A DNA stretch of 32,000 nt from Candidatus Saccharimonadota bacterium (lineage in GTDB: Bacteria > Bacteroidota > Bacteroidia > Cytophagales > Amoebophilaceae): positions 750,001 through 782,000 of the forward strand of contig NZ_OZ239769.1 in assembly GCF_965196625.1 (NCBI RefSeq), read 5' to 3'. Both the position numbers and the translations under genes were made by a program. Below, piece after piece: positions 17,495-25,854 of this stretch. The notes beneath the pieces were generated by a model. The model had not been told where the DNA came from. It saw only the letters and a list, made by a program, of their open reading frames with translations, and did not search any database. Numbering within the stretch: the first letter of the stretch is position 1; the number at the start of each line of letters is the position of its first letter.

Positions 17495-18379
17495 TAATCC
17501 TGTAAAACACCAAGTTTTATTATCTAATTGATCAATAATTGGATAAGAGGACACTAATGAACGGTACACCCTAATACCAGACTTGTAGCCCAGTACTTGA
17601 ATATCACTTTTAAACCATGGATCTACTTGATATCGAATAAGTTTTGTAGCCTCATCTAATGTAATATCTGTTAAGTCTGTTCTAGACGTTGTACCCATAT
17701 AACATATGTTACTTTGATCCGTTAGGCTTAAATAACCGTTACCAATAAGTCCATAAGTCAATCTTTTTTCGCATACTAATATCTCTCCTCTTTTTAGCAC
17801 TAAATTTAATTCAGGATATAAGCCAACAATATTAGCACCACAAGCTAGAATTACCTTATCAAAATGAGCACTGTCATTGAGCGTAAAAGCCTGTAACGCT
17901 AATTCAGCCCCACAACGAGCACATAAATGCCAAATTCCTTTTAAATAAATATCCATATAGACACTTAATCCACCTGGAATAAATAAAGCTGACCTATATA
18001 TTCCTGTCTCATTATATGTATGCTGTAGGTCCCATAAGGATAGATCCTCTTGTGTTTGGACTATATTAGAAAAAACTTGTTGATCCTCTGGATTTATAGC
18101 GCAACGAACAATACCACTTGGTTTATAGGTTGCTTTCCCTATAGCCTTTGCTGCTGCATCTAGTAATTGTATGGTTGCGGCTATACCTTGTTGGGCACGC
18201 CAGTTAAGTTGTGCAAGAGAACCTGTATATGGATGCAATAATCCTGCAGCAGCTCCTGAAGCGCCTGCGCCTATACCTTCTTTCTCAAATAACTGTATTT
18301 TTAAATTACGGTCTATAGACAAAAGATGATAACAAGTAGCAAGTCCTGCAAGCCCTCCTCCTACAATGGCTATACGCAT
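17471..18379 (-). pseudogene. FAD-dependent oxidoreductase (DAO family, possibly MnmC oxidase-domain-like), 3'-truncated by the IS. The last 7 codons and the stop are IS-derived.
   Basis: N-terminal dinucleotide fold MRIAIVGGGLAGLATCYHL and ASGAAAGLLHP. The native sequence ends ...WCFTGL at 17495, and EFVNKIV* is read from the IS inverted repeat. Confidence 0.8.
17495..17502. repeat. Target-site duplication TAATCCTG (right copy)
   Basis: Identical to 16155-16162 and immediately adjacent to the right IS terminus. Confidence 0.9.
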
Positions 18380-18484
18380 CCCTAATAATTATTTTATATG
18401 ATGACTATCAGAAAGATTTTTATTAACAAACTTTACCAATAGAATTAACGCTATACTTATAAGTTATAAGCCTACAACTGAATA

Positions 18485-18715
18485 TCAATATAAAAAACTT
18501 TTTAATGCGTCATGAATAAGATTAGTTTTAGAATAATAAATATCCCCTGATATACCCTTTTTACGTATATATGCTTCTATTTTATCTAGTATATCTTTAG
18601 AAACCACAAAACTCATTCTAGCTACTTCTGGCTTACTAGTAGCATTAGGAGTAAAATCATCTAAATAACTTTTTTGAGATTCTCTTTTATCATTAATTCC
18701 TATACGTTTACTCAT
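18485..18715 (-). CDS. Small ribbon-helix-helix-like DNA-binding protein (hypothetical). The start is taken at Met16 of the ORF.
   Basis: MSKRIG...ARMSFVVSKDILDKIEAYIRKKGISGD...SKTNLIHDALKSFL fits a basic disordered tail followed by a beta-strand, helix and helix, as in ParG, CopG or Arc. There is no partner gene alongside. Confidence 0.4.
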   Translation of the reverse strand: MSKRIGINDKRESQKSYLDDFTPNATSKPEVARMSFVVSKDILDKIEAYIRKKGISGDIYYSKTNLIHDALKSFLY

Positions 18716-18988
18716 TTTTACTATGAATTGTATAGGATAGATAAAATAATTGATATTCAAATGATTATATAAAAATTTATAAGGGAAAAGAGAAGCCTTT
18801 TTTATTCTGAATTAATTGGTTAACAAGGAGTTTAGAACCAAAATCAGACAAACTGGGCTTTTAGTTAAAAGACCCCTATAAGAAAACAGACTTAGCGTAC
18901 AATAATTTCCTATATACAAGTTGACATATAATAGGGAGAATATGTCATAAATAAAAAACTGGTTAAATAAAACAAGACTTATCATGTA

Positions 18989-19020
18989 TTTACGAACGAT
19001 TTTACCTAGTACCCTTATAT
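18989..19020. repeat. Left copy of a 32-bp inverted repeat bracketing the two-gene ANK segment
   Basis: tttacgaacgattttacctagtacccttatat matches the reverse complement of 22329-22360 at 29 of 32 positions. Weaker similarity continues for about 20-30 bp outward. Confidence 0.8.
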
Positions 19021-19152
19021 AGTGAAAAGTTAAACAAGGATCTAATACAGCATATTGTCAAAAGTAAAATAAAACGAAATAGTAGATTTTGAATGGAAAA
19101 AGTTTTGGTAGTTATCGTGTATATTATAATAACTATAAAAAACTTTATTATT

Positions 19153-20019
19153 ATGTGTAGAAAGTTTAAAAGATATGTAGAGGTCATTGTATTTTACAAA
19201 TTGGCATCCATTCTAGTTTCTATCTCATATTTAGTACTTACTACTGGATGTAATAAAATGGACTGGAAATATGGTGAAGATGAAAAGCCAACATATAGTT
19301 CGGAAATGTTGAGTAATGATTCACGTAATATTATTCATTTCAAATCTGATGAAAAGCCAGATTTACATATAGCAGTTGAACAAGGTGATATAAACGCGGT
19401 CAAATGTTTAATGAAAGATCAAAGTACTAATGTCAATGCAACATGTAAAGAAGGCAAAACCGCTCTTCATTTATCAGTAGAACTAAATAAACCAGATATC
19501 GTCTCGCTTTTAATTGAACATAAGGATATTGATGTCAATCAAGCCTATTTTAGAAATACCCCTCTTCATATAGCCTCAAGCTTGGGTTTCCTAGAAATGG
19601 TTAAAATATTACTAACTGATCCAAAAATTAATGTCAATGCAACAAACTATCACGATGAAACCTCTCTTCATATAGCCTCAAGCCGAGGTTTCCTAGAAAT
19701 AGTTAAAATATTACTAACTGATCCAAAAATTGATGTTAAAGTTAATTTAAAAAATGATCGTGATGAAACCCCTATTTATATAGCATGGAAAAAAGGTCAT
19801 ACGAAAGTTTTTGAATTACTACTTCAAGATAAAGTGACCATACATAAGTGTTCTATATGCCTTGGTCTTATATCCATTGACAGTGATATTTTATATGTAA
19901 CTAAATGTGGCCATATTTTTTATAAAGCATGCATAGAAAACTTGATAAATGAAGATATGAAGAACGATAGGAAAGAAACATCATGTCCTAATTGTAGGGC
20001 CGTTATCTTGAAAAGATAG
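19153..20019 (+). CDS. Lipoprotein-signal, ankyrin-repeat and C-terminal RING-like zinc-finger protein
   Basis: MCRKFKRYVEVIVFYKLASILVSISYLVLTTGC is a signal peptide ending in Cys. There are 4-5 ANK repeats (e.g. GKTALHLSVELNKPDIVSLLIEH, TPLHIASSLGFLEMVKILL). The C-terminus is C-x2-C-x15-C-x-H-x5-C-x17-C-x2-C (19849-19998). Confidence 0.8.
   Translation: MCRKFKRYVEVIVFYKLASILVSISYLVLTTGCNKMDWKYGEDEKPTYSSEMLSNDSRNIIHFKSDEKPDLHIAVEQGDINAVKCLMKDQSTNVNATCKEGKTALHLSVELNKPDIVSLLIEHKDIDVNQAYFRNTPLHIASSLGFLEMVKILLTDPKINVNATNYHDETSLHIASSRGFLEIVKILLTDPKIDVKVNLKNDRDETPIYIAWKKGHTKVFELLLQDKVTIHKCSICLGLISIDSDILYVTKCGHIFYKACIENLINEDMKNDRKETSCPNCRAVILKR
19558..19761 (+). repeat. Tandem 102-bp duplication (one 34-aa ANK unit) inside the ANK-RING gene
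   Basis: 19558-19659 and 19660-19761 share about 80 consecutive bp with about 6 mismatches (TPLHIASSLGFLEMVKILLTDPKINV against TSLHIASSRGFLEIVKILLTDPKIDV). Confidence 0.85.
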
Positions 20020-20627
20020 TTAGTAAATGATTTTCAGATCGATGGGGGCTTTCTAACAGATTTTGTAAGTCGATAGCATTCTACTTAATTCTACCTTCAA
20101 ATAGAGAGATACTAGGAGCATGGTGTACTCTAAATCCAAGTAGCCATGGTATAAAGCAGATGAAAATATCTAATAGTTTATTTGCTTTTTAATAAAATTT
20201 TTTCAAATTTTTAGAGTATTGTTGCTTCTTCAAGAAGTCAGTTTTAGGAACTAGTTTATGTAAAATCCATTTTAATTTTACATGGATTTAAAGTTGAAAG
20301 TAGGTAGAATGGCTGCAGCTATGGTCATCTTAAACTTGGTCAAGAAAATCTTATGTTGTCATGTTTCTATAGTGACATTTTATTGCTTAGTAGGAATCAA
20401 AAATTTATTCAAAAATAAAATACTTATACGGCACCTTAAAAAACAGTTAATTATATTAAAAATATATTAAAAATTTTACGCTACTTATTCCCATCTAAAA
20501 GCAATATAAAATGGGTTGCTCTGTCACCTTTTTTATTTTCATGATTTATTGCAAGTATCAGATCTAACCTAGCTAACCTGATGTAATCAATACATTTCTT
20601 TCTAATTCAACAGTTAATTTTAATAAA

Positions 20628-22241
20628 ATGAAAAAATACCTGGTTAATTTATTAAAAAATAGATTTTATAACAAGGATTTATGCTCTTTTTTTAACTGTC
20701 TATTTTTGGCATGCTTTATATATGGCTGTAGTACGAAAAATATTAGTAATAAAAATGAAGAAGACTACATAACCAATAAAATGATAAACGACGATAATAA
20801 TATGAGTCATTCATCAGCAAGTATACTAGATAAATATGGAAATAATGACTTGCATAGGTCAGCTAAAGAAAATAATTATTCTTTTATTAAAAATTTCATC
20901 GATAGTTTTAGTAATAATGATTTTCACTTTTTACTTGCTGCTTTAGAAGCAAAAAATTTCGCAGGTGAAACCGCACTTTATATTTTAGCCAAAAATAGTT
21001 GTTTAGATACTATTAAAATGGTCCTATGTAGGGTAGAATACCTACTTAAATCTGTCGTAAAGAAGGAAAGTATAGGTAAAATTTTAAGTCTTGAAAATAA
21101 TTGCGGATATAACACGATTGATATTGCAGCCATAAATGGGCATGAACATTGTGTTATATTTTTATCGGATTATGTTGATCTAGAACAATTAGAATCTACT
21201 AAGTCGAAATTAAGTTTGTATACTCAGGGTCCTAATCCAAGTATGATGGAATTATTAGATAATATGATACGTATTAAAAACCTTTATATTTCAGTCAAAA
21301 ACAAAAATTTAAATGATAACGATTTAGATGATTTTAAAAAAATCCTATGCAGATTATCTGTTCAAGATTTCTGCGATCACAAATATGAAAGTCAATATAT
21401 AAAAGAAGTATTAAATCAACGAAATGGGCAAGAGTTCAGCCTGATTCATAGTCTATCCAAAGAAGGACGTATTGATTTTATTAAAATTATCTTGAAGCAT
21501 ATAACAACAGATGAATTAGAGGATATGATTCATACAAAAGGTTGTAGTTGTAATTGCCATGAAAGTGTGATCAAACTTTTATTTGATATAGATCAAGAAG
21601 GCAATATCCAACTGCATAATGCAATCAAAAATGGCAAATATTCTCGTGTTAATGATATTTTTGGCCGTTATGAAGATAAAGTCCATCGGTATAAAGCTAC
21701 AATTGAAATGCTAAAAACACAAAATAAGCAAAGAGATACTCCATTACATATTTTATCCAAGATGTGGAATAAAGACAATGATGATGTTAGTGGAGATATA
21801 CTTAAAATGATCTTAAAAGAACTTATACATGATGATCTAAATAAGGATATAGATGAAATTTTTAGTATTCAAAATAATGATCTCTTTACCTGTATTGATT
21901 TAGACATTCTAAAATACAATAATACAAATTTCATTGAAATTTTATTGGGTGAATTACAGCAGCATGGTTGTATCATATCACAAGATGTGCTAGAATCTAC
22001 TATTCGTTTTGCAGAAAATCGAATTAAAGAAATTAGAAGTAGAGAAAATGTTAAATATCGTCAAAAGATTGAAGGTCAAATTCAACTAGTAAAAGGTTAT
22101 ATAGAATATCCAGCTAAACCTATAGATGAGCTTAGTAAATCTCTATCTGTCAAAGGAAAAAGATCTGATCCATGTCCAAAATGTGGAAAAATATTCTATG
22201 ACAACGGGGCCTTAAATCAGCATATAAAAAGAAAACACTAG
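20628..22241 (+). CDS. Lipoprotein-signal, ankyrin-like repeat and C-terminal C2H2 zinc-finger protein
   Basis: MKKYLVNLLKNRF...CLFLACFIYGC is the signal. ANK-like units include GNNDLHRSAKENNYSFIKNFI, GETALYILAKNSCLDTIKMVL, GYNTIDIAAINGHEHCVIFL and DTPLHILSK. The last 22 aa, CPKCGKIFYDNGALNQHIKRKH, equal C-x2-C-x12-H-x4-H with the conserved F and L. Confidence 0.8.
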   Translation: MKKYLVNLLKNRFYNKDLCSFFNCLFLACFIYGCSTKNISNKNEEDYITNKMINDDNNMSHSSASILDKYGNNDLHRSAKENNYSFIKNFIDSFSNNDFHFLLAALEAKNFAGETALYILAKNSCLDTIKMVLCRVEYLLKSVVKKESIGKILSLENNCGYNTIDIAAINGHEHCVIFLSDYVDLEQLESTKSKLSLYTQGPNPSMMELLDNMIRIKNLYISVKNKNLNDNDLDDFKKILCRLSVQDFCDHKYESQYIKEVLNQRNGQEFSLIHSLSKEGRIDFIKIILKHITTDELEDMIHTKGCSCNCHESVIKLLFDIDQEGNIQLHNAIKNGKYSRVNDIFGRYEDKVHRYKATIEMLKTQNKQRDTPLHILSKMWNKDNDDVSGDILKMILKELIHDDLNKDIDEIFSIQNNDLFTCIDLDILKYNNTNFIEILLGELQQHGCIISQDVLESTIRFAENRIKEIRSRENVKYRQKIEGQIQLVKGYIEYPAKPIDELSKSLSVKGKRSDPCPKCGKIFYDNGALNQHIKRKH

Positions 22242-22328
22242 GATTATGTCCCCGAATCAGGACCTAGCAACAAGAAGCAGAAAACTGAATAGTAAGATTG
22301 AAAAATACAACCATAGTATATTTGGATC

Positions 22329-22360
22329 ATTTAAGGGTGCTAGGCAAAATCGTTCGTAAA
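22329..22360. repeat. Right copy (inverted) of the 32-bp repeat bracketing the ANK segment
   Basis: atttaagggtgctaggcaaaatcgttcgtaaa is the reverse complement of 18989-19020 with 3 mismatches. Confidence 0.8.
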
Positions 22361-22463
22361 TGTACGCTAAGGTTTTACCATTTAGCGGCATACTCCTCCA
22401 TAATTTATAAAAAACAGGTATAAAAACAGGAACTAGGAAAAAACGTACCTATTTTTACCAATG

Positions 22464-23807
22464 TTATGAACACATAGTTGAGAGATCATCCACTACGATT
22501 TCGAATACCCTTTTTGTCGCCTGGCTTATTTTAAAACGTTCGTCTATGCGGTGGCCTACTACCCATAGAATCTGATATTTGCTTGTGACCACTAATGTTT
22601 TATTTTTAATGGCCATTGGTATTTTAAGGTCAATCAATAGATCGCTAATTTTTTTACGCCCTTGCATGCCAAGGGGGTAAAAAATATCTCCAGCTTTCCA
22701 TGGGCGTATCGTCAGCGGAAATTGCAAGAGATCGTAATCAAATGCGCCCACCATTGCTGTTTTTTTTAATATATAGTCGGCTTTAGAGTAAAGGTGAAAG
22801 TGTAGGCTATGGCCACCATAGGCCAGCGATTCTGTAGCCGCTGCAATCGTTTTTTCTTGCAGCAGCGATGTTTTTTTTTTGCTGATTAACCACATTTTTC
22901 TATCTACATATAAGGTATAGTCTGTTGCATCGATGCGCTTTCCGCTCGCTCTAGTGCCGCTTATCAGCTTTTTGATTTGTATAAAGGTAAAACCATAAGG
23001 ACGCAATAATTCAAATGCAACAGTAGCGGCCCATGGCTGATCGATGATTTGGTCGATTGCTAAGTAATGCGTCCTGTCTTTAAAAGTGCTGATCTCTTTT
23101 TTAATCTGAGCCAGATGGTCTTCAAAGAGGCTCCCTACCTCTTTTAATTTTGTAATGGTTTCTTGCGTAGTGGCTTCAAAGTTTGGGTTAATTTGGTGTA
23201 GCAGGGGAATGATTTTGTTGCGGATAAAGTTTCTTTTATAATGGTTGCATCTATTTGAGCTGTCTTCCTGCCAATGGAGTTTTTCTTGTTGCGCATAGGC
23301 TATGATCTCCTTTTTGCTGGTAAAAAGCAAAGGACGTATCACCTGGCCATGTATCGGCTGCATACCATAAAAGCCTTTAATGCCTGTGCCTTTAATAAAG
23401 TTGAATAGTATGGTTTCAACTGAATCATCCCAGTGGTGTGCTGTAGCGACTTGATGCCATCCATGTTCCTGCAGCAGTTTGTGAAAAAAATTATACCGTA
23501 AAGTCCTGGCAGCCATTTGGATCGAAACCTTCTGGTGATGCGCAAAGGTGGTCGTCTCGAATCGGGTGGTATAACAGGGTACCTGATAGGAAGCGGCCAA
23601 TGCTTTGACCCACTCAGTTTCTTCATCTGCTTCTGCGCCACGTAAGTTGAAATTACAATGGGCAATCGCAAAAGGCAGGCTAGCCTGTTTAAATAAGTGC
23701 GTGAGTACTACAGAGTCTACGCCGCCGCTTACGGCTAAAAGCATAGTTTGGTCTGGATTTTTGATCAGTTGTTCGCGCTGCAGAAAGGCTAAAAAAGATG
23801 CTAACAT
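22464..23807 (-). CDS. tilS: tRNA(Ile)-lysidine synthase
   Basis: PP-loop LAVSGGVDSVVL (SGGxDS), a central TilS substrate domain, and a C-terminal domain (...LWVVGHRIDERFKI). 447 aa. Confidence 0.9.
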   Translation of the reverse strand: MLASFLAFLQREQLIKNPDQTMLLAVSGGVDSVVLTHLFKQASLPFAIAHCNFNLRGAEADEETEWVKALAASYQVPCYTTRFETTTFAHHQKVSIQMAARTLRYNFFHKLLQEHGWHQVATAHHWDDSVETILFNFIKGTGIKGFYGMQPIHGQVIRPLLFTSKKEIIAYAQQEKLHWQEDSSNRCNHYKRNFIRNKIIPLLHQINPNFEATTQETITKLKEVGSLFEDHLAQIKKEISTFKDRTHYLAIDQIIDQPWAATVAFELLRPYGFTFIQIKKLISGTRASGKRIDATDYTLYVDRKMWLISKKKTSLLQEKTIAAATESLAYGGHSLHFHLYSKADYILKKTAMVGAFDYDLLQFPLTIRPWKAGDIFYPLGMQGRKKISDLLIDLKIPMAIKNKTLVVTSKYQILWVVGHRIDERFKISQATKRVFEIVVDDLSTMCS

Positions 23808-24015
23808 AGATGTAAAAAAGAGTGGTTGTTTTCCTGTTTGGGCATAGCATTTCCATGCGGCTGAATGGATGTGTTATAGATAACGCAGTATAGTTGCTAA
23901 ATTATATGTAAATTTATCGAAAAGGAATTTATATTTTATTTCTTGCTCAAGCAAAAGGAAAGGTAAAAGTGCCTTATCAGATGAGATTTTTTTCGAAAAC
24001 AGGTTATGTAAACAT

Positions 24016-25251
24016 ATGGCAGAGTTCATTAGGATGCCTAAGATGAGTGACACCATGCAGCAAGGTGTTATAAGTCGCTGGATCAAGCAGGTAGGGGATA
24101 AGGTAGTAGCCGGAGATATACTTGCTGAAATAGAGACCGATAAAGCTACTATGGAGCTAGAGGCCTATGATGATGGTACGCTTTTGTATATAGGTGTAGC
24201 AGAAAAATCAGCCGCACGGGTCAATGATATTATTGCCATTATAGGTGAAGCTGGAGAAGATATTAACGCCTTACTGGCTGTTACGGCTTCTATGGATGGG
24301 GCTACTGATGCCGATATGACGCAGCCATCTCTTCCGTCTGATTCCGTTGTAGACCACCAAGTGGTAGTGGTAGAAGCTACTTGCGCTACCCAGCCTGTTT
24401 TGCCTTCAGATCGCTTTTTTGCTTCGCCTTTAGCCAAAAAAATAGCAAAAGAAAAGGGATATGATATCACCCAAATTCAGGGATCTGGTGCTGCAGGGCG
24501 GGTCATTAAGCAGGATGTAGTTGACTTTGTACCCGATCACTTAGAAGGGCCTTTTGACGTGCCGATGCAATCATCTTATCAAGACCTGCCGATTTCTACT
24601 ATGCGTCAAACGATCGCAAAGGTGCTGACAGAGAGTAAAATGCATATTCCTCATTTCTACTTAACGGTTGGCATTAATATGGGTAAAGCCCTTGCGTTGC
24701 GCACAGAGCTGAACCTCCATGCGGCAACAAAGATTTCTATTAATGACCTGATTGTTAAGGCTGTTGCCTTGGCGCTTGTCCAACATCCTAAGGTAAATGT
24801 GGCATGGTTAACCAATAAGATAAGAAGCTACCAGCATGCCCATATAGGTATAGCGGTAGCTGTTGAAGAGGGTTTGGTGGTTCCTGTAGTGCGTTTTGTA
24901 GATCGAAAACCACTGGTAGAAATGAGCAAAGAGGTAAAAATGCTATACGAGCAAGCGCAACGGAAAAAACTTACTGCTCAAGATACTACAGGTGCTACTT
25001 TTACCATTTCAAATCTAGGCATGTTGGGTGTAGAATCCTTTTCAGCTATTATTAACCCACCTGCAGCTTGTATTTTAGCCGTTGGTGCTGTTCAGGAAGT
25101 ACCTATTGTGCAAGATCATCAGGTGGTTCCTGCACATATCTTACAGGTTACTTTGTCTTGCGACCATCGCGCGGTAGATGGCTCGGTAGGCGCATTGTTT
25201 TTGTCTACGTTAAAAACGTTGTTGGAAAACCCATTTAGTCTATTGCTATAA
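24016..25251 (+). CDS. Dihydrolipoamide acyltransferase, E2 component of a 2-oxoacid (probably pyruvate) dehydrogenase complex
   Basis: Lipoyl domain with EIETDKATMELE, an Ala/Pro-type linker, the peripheral subunit-binding domain SPLAKKIAKEKGYDITQIQGSGAAGRVIKQDV, and a catalytic domain with DHRAVDG. Confidence 0.9.
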   Translation: MAEFIRMPKMSDTMQQGVISRWIKQVGDKVVAGDILAEIETDKATMELEAYDDGTLLYIGVAEKSAARVNDIIAIIGEAGEDINALLAVTASMDGATDADMTQPSLPSDSVVDHQVVVVEATCATQPVLPSDRFFASPLAKKIAKEKGYDITQIQGSGAAGRVIKQDVVDFVPDHLEGPFDVPMQSSYQDLPISTMRQTIAKVLTESKMHIPHFYLTVGINMGKALALRTELNLHAATKISINDLIVKAVALALVQHPKVNVAWLTNKIRSYQHAHIGIAVAVEEGLVVPVVRFVDRKPLVEMSKEVKMLYEQAQRKKLTAQDTTGATFTISNLGMLGVESFSAIINPPAACILAVGAVQEVPIVQDHQVVPAHILQVTLSCDHRAVDGSVGALFLSTLKTLLENPFSLLL

Positions 25252-25271
25252 ACTTCTAGCCTACGAATCAT

Positions 25272-25842
25272 ATGACCCAAGTTAAGTCCACCACTGTGTT
25301 GGCCATTATCCATAATGGCGCAGTAGTTATTGGTGCAGATGGCCAAGCTACATTTGGCCATATCGTTGCCAAGCATAACGTTAAAAAGGTAAGAAAGCTT
25401 TTTGGAGGCAAAATTTTAGCCGGTTTTGCCGGTTCTACAGCTGATGCTTTTACCCTATTAGAACGTTTTGAAGAAAAACTGCAAAGCTATCACGGCAATA
25501 TGAAACGGTCCGCCATTGAACTGGCTAAGGATTGGCGTACAGATCGTATGCTGAAACGGTTAGAGGCAATGTTGGTAGTGGCCAACCCAGAGGCCCTATT
25601 AATGATTACCGGTACAGGTGATGTCTTAGAACCAGACTATCCCCTTAGCAGCTATTGGATCAGGCAGTATGTATGCACAATCTGCTGCCATGGCTTTGAT
25701 GCAACATGCCCCTCATTTAACCGCTATGGAAATGGTTCGTGCAAGTTTGACCATAACCGCGGATATTTGTATCTATACCAACCACAATTTTGTTTTTGAA
25801 ATGTTGCAAGATGAGGGTAGCCAAACAGTTGGATCTGATTAG
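25272..25842 (+). pseudogene. hslV: ATP-dependent protease subunit HslV, interrupted by a 1-nt frameshift near 25647
   Basis: Frame 1 reads ...[24 protein letters not shown]...[14 protein letters not shown]. The conserved continuation [17 protein letters not shown]...[16 protein letters not shown] is in the +1 frame (stop 25840-25842). Removing one base at ctt-a-gca restores the E. coli-like spacing. Confidence 0.8.
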
Positions 25843-25854
25843 TTTATATTTTGC

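Noticed and set aside
19002-19187. 61-aa minus-strand ORF and the 20-codon N-terminal extension (19093-19152) of the ANK-RING ORF
   Set aside because: Both are Ile/Phe/Lys/Tyr strings generated by extremely AT-rich DNA. The Met at 19153 gives a proper basic n-region and hydrophobic signal.
20255-20295. Apparent hairpin atgtaaaatccat...ttttacatggattt
   Set aside because: The complementary blocks are arranged 1-2-loop-1'-2' rather than 1-2-loop-2'-1'. They form only two short mutually exclusive stems, so this is not a convincing terminator or structured RNA.
20282-20470. 62-aa ORF in the spacer between the two ANK genes
   Set aside because: It is a short AT-rich ORF with no motif. It could be a tiny membrane peptide, but nothing distinguishes it from chance in this composition.
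23339-24470. ORFs 23339-23671, 23605-23847, 23874-24086 and 24165-24470
   Set aside because: They overlap tilS or the E2 gene in other frames or on the other strand. Their composition is Arg/Ser/Pro-rich, typical of out-of-frame reading.
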